A stretch of DNA of 64,000 bases from Octopus vulgaris (taxonomy: Eukaryota), in contig OX597842.1 of the NCBI GenBank assembly GCA_951406725.2, forward strand, positions 9,982,001-10,046,000, written 5' to 3'. A model generated the notes under the pieces. That model was not told the origin of the DNA. It saw nothing but the letters and a program-made list of their open reading frames with translations, and made no database searches. Positions 1 to 28,883 of this stretch are shown here, piece by piece (positions within the stretch are counted from its first letter, which is position 1; the number at the start of each line of letters is the position of its first letter). Position numbers and translations under genes: made by a program.

Positions 1-461
1 TATAGTATAATTCTGAACGCAAACATTCAGATCTAAACACTCACACCAGAGAGAGATAGGATAGGTAGATATGCATGCATATATATATATATATATATAT
101 ACATACATAATCAACATCATAGCTCCCTGCATATCAGTCAATTCTACACACCGATGTCCAGACCATACACACATAGAGATATGCAAATATATACAACACA
201 ATCACTATTACAAGGCATGTATTATAACTACGTATATACACACACACATAACTATATACTCTCTGTATATAGCATAAATATAATATATTTCATATCTACA
301 CAACGATATACAAACCACACACATGTATATACAAATTCACACATTATATACTAGATGTGAAATCTACACACACATATAAATACACACAACTTAAAATCTA
401 CACAACGAAATCTAAACCGCAGATTACATACATAAATGTAAATCTACACACACACATATAT

Positions 462-494
<33 letters not shown>

Positions 495-704
495 CACGCT
501 ACACGCGCAGCGATGTCCAAACTAGAGGCACAGACATTCACACATTTATATCCCTAGATGTAAATCCACACGCACATATATATATCCATATACACACAAC
601 CATGTCCAAACTACAGACACACACACATATATATATACACATATCCATAGATACCCTGTACATAGTATAAATAGACACAACGAAATCTAAACTGCAGATT
701 ACAT

Positions 705-759
<55 letters not shown>

Positions 760-869
760 GACCATTTAAGTGGTCCTTTTACATACTGAACACTTGGTGA
801 AATTGATTAATTAATTTTACCCTCAATTGTTGATATATATATATATATATACGTAAATATATACACACG

Positions 870-1020
870 CGCTATACACACACCGATGTCCAAACTACAG
901 ACAGACATACACACATATATCTCTATATATAATATATATATATACATAAATATACACACACCGATGTCCAAACTACTCATACACACATATATATATACAC
1001 ACACACACACACACATATAT

Positions 1021-1063
<43 letters not shown>

Positions 1064-1131
1064 CTTATAATAAGATATATATATATATACATAAATATAC
1101 ACACACCGATGTCCAAACTACTCATACACAC

Positions 1132-1202
<71 letters not shown>

Positions 1203-1302
1203 CTTATAAGAGATATATATATATACATAAATATACACACACACATGTCCAAACTACAGACACACATACACATATATATATATATACACACACATATATC
1301 TC

Positions 1303-1333
<31 letters not shown>

Positions 1334-1760
1334 CATAAATATACACACACACCGATGTCCAAACTACACATACACACACACACATATATATACATATATA
1401 TACACATAAATATACACACACACACGCTATACACACACCGATGTCCGTCCAAACTACACACACACACACATATATATACATATATATACACATAAATATA
1501 CACACACACGCTATACATACACCGATGTCCGTCCAAACTACACACACACACACATATATATACATATATATACACATAAATATACACACACACGCATACA
1601 CACACCGATGTCCGTCCAAACTACACACACACACACATATATATACATATATATACACATAAATATACACACACACGCTATACACACACCGATGTCCGTC
1701 CAAACTACACACACATACACACACACACACATATATATATCCATATACACACACACACAC
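870..1760. repeat. Minisatellite: constant accgatgtcc(gtcc)aaactac motif in (CA/TA)n spacers
   Basis: About nine copies of the motif. Confidence 0.8.
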
Positions 1761-1934
1761 TCACACCTTCACATCCCTAGACATAAACCCACCAACACAC
1801 ACACAGAGAGATATATCCCATAGGACACATATACCCCTGCACCCCGTCCTCTGGCCCAACACATACATATACATAACAAAAGGACCCAAAGGCCTCCTTC
1901 TCCTTCTCCTCCTTCTCCTTCTCCTTCTGCTCAC

Positions 1935-2100
1935 CATATCGTCTCCTGCTTCTGCTTCTTCTTCTTCTTCTCCTTCTTCTTCAAAATGCTGCTGCTACGT
2001 CTCATAACCAAAAACCCAGAGAAAAGCCATTCTTTGAGCGAAGAGTTACACAAAACGGAGGTGCGTTTAGTCACCTGGCACAAAAACCTCGTGATTAACA
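1935..2100 (-). other. Possible first exon of a gene continuing left of the window
   Basis: Unique island with a purine-rich leader ending ...GACGATATG|GTGAGC. The strand is ambiguous because + also has CAAAATG...GAG|GTGCGT. Confidence 0.3.
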
Positions 2101-2139
2101 TTTACAAAGTTATTTCCCCTTGAAAGAATTTCTTTTTTT

Positions 2140-2659
2140 TTTATTTTATTTTATTATCTTTATTTTTTTAGTTTTTTTCTCTAATTTATTGTTTATTCTT
2201 AATTATTTCTTAATTATTTTCTTGGCATTTTTTAAAAATTTTATTCTTATCCCTTATTTTATTTTATTATCTTTATTTTTTTAGTTTTTTTCTCTAATTT
2301 ATTGTTTATTCTTAATTATTTCTTAATTATTTTCTTGGCATTTTTTAAAAATTTTATTCTTATCCCTTATTTTATTTTATTATCTTTATTTTTTTTAGTT
2401 TTTTTCTCTAATTTATTGTTTATTCTTAATTATTTCTTAATTATTTTCTTGGCATTTTTTTAAAAATTTTATTCTTATACTCTTTTACTCTTTTACTCTT
2501 TTACTTGTTTCAGTCATTTGACTGCGGCCATGCTGGAGCACCACCTTTTAGTACTTATTCTATCGGTCTCTTTTTGCCGAACCGCTAAGTGACGGGGACG
2601 TAAACACACCAGCATCGGTTGTCAAGCAATGCTAGGGGGACAAACACAGACACACAAAT

Positions 2660-2714
<55 letters not shown>

Positions 2715-3020
2715 TACAGGGCTTCTTTCAGTTTCCGTCTACCAAATCCACTCACAAGGCATTGGTCGGCCCGGGGCTATAGCAGAAGACACTTGCCCAA
2801 GATGCCACGCAGTGGGACTGAACCCGGAACCATGTGGTTGGTAAGCAAGCTACTTACCACACAGCCACTCCTTATTTCTTAATTATTTTCTTGGCATTTT
2901 TTTTTTATTTTATTCTTATCTCTTATTTTATTATCTTTATTTTTTTAGTTTTTTTCTCTAATTTATTGTTTGTTCTTAATTATTTCTTAATTATTTTCTT
3001 GGCATTTTTTTTTTTTAATG
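2140..3020. repeat. T-rich tandem repeat (about 113 bp) interrupted by SINE A
   Basis: ctctaatttattgtttattcttaattatttc recurs at about 2179, 2292, 2406 and 2956. Confidence 0.85.
2478..2872 (-). mobile_element. tRNA-derived SINE family A (dominant family)
   Basis: Head ggagtggctgtgtggtaag...ccgggttcagtccc (A/B-box-like), internal (TA)n, tail (gtaaaaga)n. Other copies or fragments near 3030-4090, 14590-14800, 19405-19955, 52165-52420 and 57710-57880. Confidence 0.8.
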
Positions 3021-3223
3021 CTCTTTTTTTACTCTTTTACTTGTTTCGGACATTTGGCTGCGGCCATGCTGGAGCACCGCCTTTTAGTCGCGAGCAAATC
3101 GACTCTCCCCCACCCAGGACTTATTCTTTTGTAAGCCCAGTACTTATTCTATCGGTCTCTTTTTGCCGAACCGCTAAGTTACGGGGACGTAAATACACCA
3201 GCATCGGTTGTCAAGACACACAA

Positions 3224-3269
<46 letters not shown>

Positions 3270-3592
3270 GAATCTCATAGATATATACACATATCCAAAA
3301 CGACAGCCTGCTCTAGCAAGCAATGAAAATATGCAAAAATAGCAAGTAAAAAGTTGGTTATAGGCATAATCTTTTACTTGTTTCAGTCATTTGACTGTGG
3401 CCATGCTGGAGCACCGCCTTTAGTCGCGAGCAAATCGACTTCCCCCCCCCCCCAGGACTTATTCTTTGTAAGCTTAGTACTTATTCTATCAGTCCCTTTT
3501 AGCCGAACCGCTAGATTATGGGGACGTAAACACACCAACATCAGTTGTCAAGCGATGTTGGGGGGGGGGGACAAACACAGACACACAAACAC

Positions 3593-3650
<58 letters not shown>

Positions 3651-3817
3651 CATCATCATCATCGTTTAGCGTCCGCTTTCCATGCTAGCATGGGTTGGAC
3701 GGTTCAACTGGGGTCTGGGGAGCCCGAAGGCTGCACCAGGCTCCAATCTTGATCTGGCAGTGTTTCTACAGCTGGATGCCCTTCCTAACGCCAACCACTC
3801 CGTGAGTGTAGTGGGTG

Positions 3818-3932
<115 letters not shown>

Positions 3933-4905
3933 ATGGGTTTCTTTCAGTTTCCATCTACCAAATCCACTCACAAAGCTTTGGTCGACCCGAGGCTATAGTA
4001 GAAGACACTTGCCCAAGGTGCCATACAGTGGGACTGAACCCGGAACCATGTGGTTGGTAAGCAAGCTACTTACCACACAGCCACTCCTGCACCTCTGTCT
4101 ACCTTTCATCCACCCCTCATTAATGTTTTTTCACATGCCACCAGCACAAGTGCCAGTAAGGCAACACAGGTGACAATCACATTCGAATTGTGCCTCTTAC
4201 GTGCCACCGGCACGGAAGCCAGTCAGCTTCTCTGGCAACGATCACGCTTGGATGGTGCTCTTAGCGCTCCACTAGCACGGATGCCAGTCATCGAATTTGA
4301 TTTCGATTTTGATTTCACTTGCCTCAACTGGTCTTCGCAAGCAGAGTTTAGTGTCCAATGAAGGAGATGTACACATAAATGGGCTGGTTACACCCCTGGT
4401 ATAGGCCACGATCAACCCTTCAAAATTTATCCCTAATAGTTGTTTGGATTTTGGGCTATACCTTCTAGCATGATAGGTATCCCATGATAGCTACCTCTTA
4501 TGTATTTAAATGTACACTATATTTTATATGAATAATATATAGTCTATTGACTAATTTGTCTATACGCTAAGCCACTGGTAGTAAAGATTTCTAAAATCTT
4601 TATTACCCTGATATTATTAATTATATATATATATTTATATATATAGTCGTATATGGCAAAGGTTCCTCTTTGTGATCCCAAATTCATTAAAGATTCACCC
4701 CCTTCCACTCCTTCCCTCTTTATCTCAACATTCAACCTCCTCATTCTATATCGAGTGAAAAAACGGTATGGACGTTTTGTTTTGGTGTCTCGCTTTGCTA
4801 TATACGACTATGAGGATTTGCATCCCCAACGAAACTCGTCTTTTTCCCAAACTTCTTCTCAAACCTGCTATAATGTAATACATGTCTTTGGTGTGGTAAT
4901 TGTAC

Positions 4906-4992
4906 GCGGCTGAAGAAGGCTGTTGACCTACATGTTACATCAATTATGCATTGATATAAATTGTTCAATTAAGCCAGAAACATATGTACCGC
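4906..4992 (+). ncRNA. Type I hammerhead ribozyme-like motif
   Basis: GCGG-CUGAAGA-A-GGCU..AGCC-A-GAAAC-AUAU-GUA^CCGC. Confidence 0.6.
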
Positions 4993-5109
4993 TAAATCCT
5001 TTGCATCCTGTTTTTCTTCTGATAAATATACCCTATCACCTACACCACTAGCTGGCATATACAGGTGCTTACAGTTATCAAGTATACACCCTGAATTTTA
5101 TATATATAT

Positions 5110-5397
5110 ATCTGTAAATGTAATATGTGACAATTATTTGTTAACCAAAATAAAACTCCGAGTTTCGGATGCCGAGGCGGAAATCCATGCCCCCATCTCT
5201 TCAGTTACCCGGCCAACGGAAAAATGCTATGAAAAATTACCGTTATACCTGGTGGCCAGTATGGGGCCCGAACCTACAACATTTTTCCGATGGCTGGACA
5301 ACTGAAGAGATGGCAGCATGGATTTCCACCTCGGCATCCGAAACTCGGAGTTTTATCATGGCTACCGAATAATTATCACACATTACATTTACAGATA
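5110..5397. mobile_element. Fold-back element (arms about 97 bp) with hammerhead-like cores
   Basis: Inverted repeat 5110-5206 / 5299-5397, each arm with CTGAAGAGATG..CATCCGAAACTCGGAGTT. Confidence 0.55.
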
Positions 5398-6106
5398 AAG
5401 TCCTCTATTTACATAATATCGAGGTCTCTTTCTTTCTTTTGATGTCTTATATATATATATATATACATAAGATCCGTTGAGGAAAGTGTAAACAAAATCA
5501 AAATCATTTCAATGACTGGCATCCGTGCTAGTGGGGTGCAAAGAGCACCATACGAGCGTGATCGTTGCCAGAGCAGCCAACTGGCTTCCGTACCCGTGGC
5601 AGGTAAGGGTACCATTCGAGCATGATCATTACCAATGTCGCTTAACTGGCACCTGTGGCGGTGGCATGTGTAAAAAGATTCGAGCGTGGTCATTGCCAGT
5701 ACCGCCTGACTGGCCCCTGTGCCGGTGGCACGTAAAAAGCACCCACTATGCTCTCGGAGTGGTTGGCGCTATGAAGGGCATCCAGCTGTAGAAACTCTGC
5801 CAGATCAAGACTGGAGCCCGGTGCAGCCATCTGGTTCGCCAGCCCTCAGTCAAAATCGTCCAACCCATGCTAGCATAGAAAGCGGACGTTAAACAATGAT
5901 GATGATGACAGGACGCCATGATAGATCTTAGCTCTTACATGAATTTTTTTCTCTCCTTGTTTTTTTCTGTGTATCTTTCTGTCGAAGAGCGTAGGCTTGA
6001 AACGTAAAAGACTTTTTCTATTTCTATTCCTGAGCGCCATACTAATACGTTTGTTTGTTTGTACTCCACCTGCCTTCGTCTTTTGTTTATTTTCGTAAAC
6101 TTTCCC

Positions 6107-6169
<63 letters not shown>

Positions 6170-6260
6170 TAATCCAAACATGAAAACACAAAGAGAAAAC
6201 ACAACAACGCGAGAACGTGGAACAAGTATAGTATTATTGGATGCTCAGGAAAGAAGGAGG

Positions 6261-6295
6261 GTTTAACGTTTCGAGCAGAGCTCTTCGTCAGAAAC
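6261..6295 (-). ncRNA. Minimal hammerhead ribozyme motif (Penelope-like type)
   Basis: GUUU-CUGACGA-A-GAGC-UCU-GCUC-GAAAC-GUU-AAAC. A degenerate convergent partner lies on + at 5974-6011. Confidence 0.65.
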
Positions 6296-6630
6296 AAAGG
6301 AAAAGGAAAGATCCAAAGAAGGGAAAACGGAGGAAAAAAATCACCAACGGTACACACGCGGTCACATTATGAATGACCGGAAGGGAATGGAATACATATA
6401 TATAGCAAAATTAGGCTGGCTAATTTGAAACTGAAATACAGGTGCAACTCATTTTCACCAGGTGAGCACACTGGAACAACAGGAAATAAAATGTTTTGCT
6501 TAAAGAAACAATGCACGGCCGCGAATTGAACTCATGACCTTGCATTCATGAGACAAACACCCTAACCCACTGAGCCACGAAATAACCACACAAAGAAAAT
6601 AATGCCATTACATCATGCTTGCTTTAATAT

Positions 6631-6636
6631 TTTATT
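6631..6636 (-). terminator. Candidate polyadenylation signal AATAAA of the CNBD2-like gene
   Basis: tttatt on the + strand, about 80 nt past the stop codon. Confidence 0.45.
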
Positions 6637-6716
6637 CCTTTACAAAGTCCAGGTAAAAGTCATAATTGTTTTTTTCCGGCAAGAGGCTGACGTATTCTGC
6701 CGATGGGATTGGTAAA

Positions 6717-22084
<15,368 letters not shown>

Positions 22085-22249
22085 TCAAGTTTTGGTCCGG
22101 AGCTAAATATCTGCCACAATGAATTCTGAGACACAAAAGAAGAAAATAATAAATAATTAGATATATTTACAAAAATGAACTCAATGCAGGGTGTCAAAAC
22201 ATATTGTAAAATATTGTATTTATAATATACAATAAATTTTCTTTCACAA

Positions 22250-23605
22250 CTCCATTGACATCTTGAATGTTTTATAGGAATATTAAATCTACCCCAGTAT
22301 TTCACTACTACTTTATTTTATCAACCCCACAGCAATGAAAGGTAAAGTTAGTGTTAGTCTTCTATTATAATTCCATTGACATCTTGGGTGTTTTATAGGA
22401 ATATTAAATCTACCCCAGTATATCACAGGTACTTTATTTTATCAACCCCACAACAATGAAAGGTAAAGTTAGTGTCAGTCTTCTATTATAATTCCATTGA
22501 CGTCTTTGATGTTTTATAGGAATATTAAATCTACCCCAGTATATCACAGGTACTTTATTTTATCAACCCCACAACAATGAAAGGTAAAGTTAGTGTTAGT
22601 CTTCTATTATAATTCCATTGACATCTTGGATGTTTTATAGGAATATTAAATCTACCCCAGTATATCACTGCTACTTTATTTTATCCACCCCACATCAATG
22701 AAAGGTAAAGTTAGTGTTAGTCTTCTATTATAATTCCTTATTTCTTTATTGCCCACAAGGGGCTAAATACAGAGGGGACAAACAAGGACCGACAAAGGGA
22801 TTAAGTCGATTACATCGACCCCAGTGCGTAACTGGTACTTCATTTATCGACCCCCAAAAGGATGAAAGGCAAAGTCAACATCGGCGGAATTTGAACTCAG
22901 AATGTGAAGGCAGACAAAATACCTATTTCTTTATTACCCACAAGGGGCTACACACAGAGGGGACAAACAAGGACAGACATAGGTATTTAGTCGATTACAT
23001 CGACTCCAGTGCGTAACCGGTACTTAATTTATCGACCCCAAAATGATGAAAGGCAAAGTCGACCTCGGCGGAATTTGAACTCAGAACGTAATGGTAGATG
23101 AAATATGGCTAAGCATTTCGCCCGGCGTGCTAATGTTTCTGCCAGCTCACCGCCTTAAAATTCCATTGACGTCTTTGATGTTTTATAGGAATATTAAATC
23201 TACCCCAGTATATCACTGCTATTTTATTTTATCAACCCCACAACCATGAAAGGTAAAGTTAGTGTTAGTCTTCTATTATAATTCCATTGACGTCTTTGAT
23301 GTTTTATAGGAATATTAAATCTACCCCAGTATATCACTGCTATTTTATTTTATCAACCCCACAACCATGAAAGGTAAAGTTAGTGTTAGTCTTCTATTAT
23401 AATTCCATTGACATCTTGGATGTTTTATAGGAATATTAAATCTACCCCAGTATATCACTGCTATTTTATTTTATCAACCCCACAACCATGAAAGGTAAAG
23501 TTAGTGTTAGTCTTCTATTATAATTCCATTGACATCTTGGATGTTTTATAGGAATATTAAATCTACCCCAGTATATCACTGCTATTTTATTTTATCAACC
23601 CCATA
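22250..23605. repeat. 121-bp tandem repeat (8 units) split by a SINE C insertion
   Basis: ccattgac at 22252, 22373, 22494, 22615 and again at 23163, 23284, 23405, 23526. Confidence 0.92.
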
Positions 23606-23694
23606 TGAACGAAACGTAAAACTAATTACTGGCAGGATTTGAACTCTTAAACACAAAGACTTGGTACCGCAAAATACTTTGTGTCACCCTACCA

Positions 23695-23875
23695 ACAGTC
23701 ATGTTACCAGGAAGTCCACGTGACCTCCCCATTGGGGATTGGCCTCTAGTGGCAATGCTGATAGCAAAGTTATAATTAACTTCCTGGTAGGTTTGTCAAC
23801 TGTTATGTGTGTTGACATGTCATGTGACTTGATTAGTTTGTCGCCATGGAGATGCGACAGGTGGGTGAAAATTTG
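23695..23875. promoter_or_regulatory. Candidate promoter/enhancer: RFX X-box with E-box, ETS, CCAAT and CTCF-like motifs
   Basis: Unique island between repeats. ATCTCCATGGCGAC (minus, 23840-23853) fits the X-box pattern RYYNYYWWRRNRAC. Also CACGTGAC 23717, GTCATGTGAC 23819, CAGGAAGT 23708 and 23779 (minus), ATTGG twice, CCACTAGAGGCC 23741-23752 (minus). Confidence 0.5.
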
Positions 23876-25214
23876 TGACAGGCAGACAGGGTGGTGGTGA
23901 AGGGCATGATGGTGGCGGTGATGTTGATAGCGGTGGTGGTGGTGGTGGTGGTGGTGGTAGTGGTGGTGGAAGTGGTGGTGGTTGTGGTGGTCATGGTCAT
24001 GGTCGTGGTGATAGTGGTGGAAATGGCTGTGGTGGTGGTGGTGGTGGCAGTGGTGGTGGCGGTGGTGGCGGTGGCGGCCGGCGGGGGGGGGGGTGATAGG
24101 GAGTTGGTAGTGGCAGTGCTGGTAGTGGTGGTGGTGGTGGTTGTGGTGGTTGTAGTAGAGGTGGTGGTGGTGGTGGTGGTGGTAGTGGAATTGGTGTTGG
24201 CAGTGGTGGTGGTGGTAGTGCAGTTGATGGTGGTGGTGATGGTCGTGGTGGTGGTGGTGGTGGTAGTTGTTGCATTGGCAGTGATGGTGGTGGCGATGCT
24301 GCTGGTGGTGGAAGTGGTAGTGTTGATGGTGGTGGTGGTAGTTGTGGAGGTGGTAGAGGTGGTGGTGGTGGTGGTGGTGGTGGTGCAGGAAAGCTTAAAT
24401 GGCAGTCAGTCACCTCTTACAACATGTAAACATGTAGCTACATGTGCATTTGCGTGTGAAAAATAACTCAGATTGGGTCAAAGAGACAGACAGACAGACA
24501 GACACTGGGGAAACAATTTCCTTGCAATAAAGTATCTTTATTGGCCACACAGGGCTGCACACAGATGGGACAAATTATAAGGTAGAGCTTTTCTTTTGGG
24601 GGGTGAGAAAAAAAAATAAATAAATAAAGTGGCGTAGGTTTTCGATCAAAAGGGATCGTTAAAGGGAAAAAAGAAAAAAAGAATAAAAAAGGAAAAGAAA
24701 CAAAAGAAAAGAAAAAAGAAAAAAGAGGAAAAAAGAGGAAAAAGGAGAAGAGGAAAAAAGGGGAAGTGGAAAAAAAAACGATCAATAGGGATCGTGTATC
24801 ACAGTGTCGTGATGTACGGTGTAAAAGGGGAAGCAGATAAGGTTTATCCGTGGGAAGAAAAGTCTACGAAAAAGACCACAGTAACCTCGGTCAATATTGT
24901 TATATGTTACCACATTTGTTTGCAAGTGGGTAACCCTCTGTTTTCAATTTCTGGGTTCATAGGATTATGCTCAAGGTGGCTTCGTCATTCATACGTGCCA
25001 TCCTTGCTACATTCACCCATCTTTTTTTAAAACATTCGCTAGACAAAACTTGCCTCTCTACTCTCACATTCCTTTTCAGAGAGTGATTGAGTCACCATAT
25101 AGACACACACACATGCACACACACACGTGTGTGGATATGTAGATAGATAAATAGATAGACTGGGCGATGTGTTGTGTTCTTGAGCAAAACACTTCATTTC
25201 ACATTGCTCCAGAA

Positions 25215-25822
25215 AAGGCGGCGAGCTGGCAGAAACGTTAGCATGCCGGGCGAAATGCATAGCAGCATTTCATCTGTGTTACGTTGTGAGTTCAAATTCC
25301 GGGGAGGTCGACTTTGCCTTTCATCCTTTCGGGATCGATAAATTAAGTACCAGTTACGCACTGGGGAGGGGGATGCGATGTAATCGACTTAATCCGTTTG
25401 TCTGTCCTTGTTTGTCCTCTCTGTGTTTAGCCCCTTGTGGGTAGTAAAGAAATAGGTATTTCGTCTGCTGCTATGTTCTGAGTTCAAATTCCGCCGAGGT
25501 CGACTTTGCCTTTCATCCTTTCGGGGTCGATAAATTAAGTACCAGTAACGCACTGCGGTTGATGTAATCGACTTAATACCTATGTCTGTCCTTGTTTGTC
25601 CTCTCTGTGTTTAGCCCCTTGTGGGTAGTAAAGAAATAGGTATTTCGTCTGCCGCTACGTTCTGAGTCAAATTCCGCTGAGGTCGACTTTGCCTTTCATC
25701 CTTTCGGGGTCGATAAATTAAGTACCAGTTACGCACTGGGGTCAATGTAATCGACTTAATCCGTTTGTCTGTCCTTGTTTGTCCCCTCTATGTTTAGCCC
25801 CTTCTGGGTAGTAAAGAAATAG
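25215..25822 (+). mobile_element. SINE family C, three tandem units
   Basis: Head ggcggcgagctggcagaaacgttagc followed by three units of about 180 bp. Confidence 0.75.
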
Positions 25823-26021
25823 ATAAATAGATAGAGAGAGAGAGACAGAGAGAGACAGAGAGAAAGAGATGGAGAGAGAGAGGTGGAGAGACAGACAGGC
25901 AGGCAGCTTGTTAGCTAGTTACATAGATAGATAAATAGATAGGGAGATAGATAGATAGAGAGAGACAGACAGACAGACAGAGAAGTGGATAGATGGATGG
26001 ATAGATAGGTAGGTAGGTAGG

Positions 26022-26081
<60 letters not shown>

Positions 26082-26145
26082 CAGATAGGTAGGTAGGTAT
26101 GTAGGTAGACAGACAGACAGACAGACAGAGAAATAGGTAGGTAGG

Positions 26146-26184
<39 letters not shown>

Positions 26185-26319
26185 CTGGACGGACAGACAC
26201 ACAGACAGACAGACAGACAGACAGACAGAAAGACAGACAGACAGACAGACAGATAGATAGATAGAGATATATACAGACAGAGGTAGATAGATGGATGGAT
26301 AAACAGATGGACAGATGGA

Positions 26320-26694
26320 TGTGTGGGTAAGAAGCTTGTACTTTACAACCACATGCTTTCCAGTTCAGTGCCACACTGCAGCACCTTGGGCAAGTTTCTT
26401 CTCTCTGCAGCCCAAGTCTAACCAAGACCTTGACAGCGGATTCCATTTGCAAAAACTGTAATGAAGCACACTGGCTGTGTGGTAAGTAGCTTGCTTACGA
26501 ACCACACGGTTCCGGGTTCAGTCCCACTGCGTGGCACCTTGGGCAAGTGTCTTCTACTATAGCCTCTGGCTGACCAAAGCCTTGTGAGTGGATTTGGTAG
26601 ACGGAAACTGAAAGAAGCCCGTCGTATGTGTGTGTGTGCATATGTGTACATATGTATGTATATATGTATGCATATGTGTATGTGTGCGTGTATA

Positions 26695-26739
<45 letters not shown>

Positions 26740-26791
26740 GTGTGTGTGTATACATACATATATATATATACAAGTATATCTATATGTGCGC

Positions 26792-26872
<81 letters not shown>

Positions 26873-27238
26873 CGTAGGAGTGGATGTGGGGTAAGTAGCT
26901 TGCTTACGAACCACATGGTTCCGGGTTCAGTCCCACTGCATGGCACCTTGACCAAGTGTCTTCTACTATAGCCTCAGGCCGACCAAAGCCTTGTGAGTGG
27001 ATTTGGTAGAAGGAAACTGAAAAGAAGGCCATCATATGTGTGTGTGAGTGTTTGTGTCCCCTGACCATCGCTTGACAACTGATGTTGGTGTGTTTATGTC
27101 CCCGTAAGTTAGCAATTCGGCAAAAGGCAACCGACAGAATAAGTGCTAGGCTAGCAAAGAGTAAGTCCCGGGGTCGATTTGTTCGACTAAAGGCGGTGCT
27201 CCATCATGGCCACAGTCAAATGACTGGAACAAATAAAA

Positions 27239-27240
<2 letters not shown>
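26320..27240 (+). mobile_element. Cluster of SINE family A copies
   Basis: Three heads (about 26320, 26471, 26871); the last copy is full length. Confidence 0.8.
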
Positions 27241-27316
<76 letters not shown>

Positions 27317-27342
27317 GTATGTATGTATATAAATGAACTCAC

Positions 27343-27430
27343 CTGTCGTTAAGGTTCCGTTGCGTTCAGGTAAGACTGCCACTGTGTCTGATGTAATCTT
27401 TACAGAAGCTGACACACTGACTGCGTGTAC
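27343..27430 (-). other. Candidate 5'-UTR exon of the CNBD2-like gene
   Basis: cacag|GTACAC ... ACAG|GTGAGT (strong donor) in a unique island. Spliced to 22125, its open frame ends at TAG before the ATG. Confidence 0.4.
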
Positions 27431-27529
27431 CTGTGTGTGTGTGTGTGTGTATGATGCTGGCAGTGGCAATGAAAACAGTGTGCGGATGTGTAGATGTATG
27501 AGTGTTCGTGTTTGAGTGTGTGTGTGTGT

Positions 27530-27840
<311 letters not shown>

Positions 27841-27950
27841 TATGTTGTATGTGTTTGTGTGTGCATATGTGATATACATGTCACATCCGCTGTTATGTGG
27901 TAGATTAAATTTAAGAAAACATCTTGAACAACAACGATGACGACATCAAC

Positions 27951-27984
<34 letters not shown>

Positions 27985-28078
27985 TCATCATTATCATCAT
28001 CATCGTCATCATCACCATCGTGATCATCAGCATCATCACCACCATCATCACCATCACCACCACCACCATCATCATCAC

Positions 28079-28110
<32 letters not shown>

Positions 28111-28830
28111 CCATCACCATCGTCGTCATCATCATCATTGTCATCATCATCATCGTCATCATCGTCATCGTCGTCATCATCATCATCGTCATCATCGTCA
28201 TCGTCATCATCATCATTGTCATCATCATTAACATTTTTACCATCCTTATAACCACCACCATGGCCACCACCATCAGCACAAGAGACGAGGGATTAATTAT
28301 GATGTAAGAGGGAGACAAACAGACAGACAAACAGACAGACAGACTGACACAGAAAGACAAAGTGATGAAGAAGCAGAGAAAGAAGGAGTCGGAAAGAACC
28401 GAAAGAGGAAACAGGAATAAGTCTGTAGATGACTTTGAGTGAAGACGGAATGTATGCCACCCCCACACCCCAAACTCCTACCCCCCACCCAGTATTTGTC
28501 CCCCCCATCCTTATCTTTCTCTTCTTCCTCCTCTCTTTTCTCTCCTCCACACATCTCTCTTTTTCTTCCTTTCTCTCCGTCTCTTTCTTTCTCACGCCTT
28601 CTCTCTTAATCTCTCTCTTCCACTCTCCCTCTCTCTGTCTGTTTCTATTTCTCCTTCTCTCAATCTCACTCTCTCCCTCTGTATTTCATATTCTCTTTCT
28701 TTCTCAAACACACACTCTCTCTCTCTCTATCTGTCCTCTGTTTGTCTATCTATCTATCTATCTATATCTATCTATCTATCTATATATATATATATATATC
28801 TATCTATATCTACTTATCTATCTATCTATC

Positions 28831-28883
<53 letters not shown>

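Noticed and set aside
870-1760. CRISPR-like look of a constant 20-nt motif with variable spacers
   Set aside because: The spacers are CA/TA microsatellite, the context is eukaryotic, and there are no cas genes.
71-1823. Many ORFs rich in YI, HT and CV dipeptides here and across the window
   Set aside because: They are translations of (TA)n, (CA)n, (TAGA)n, (TACA)n and (GGT)n microsatellites that lack stop codons.
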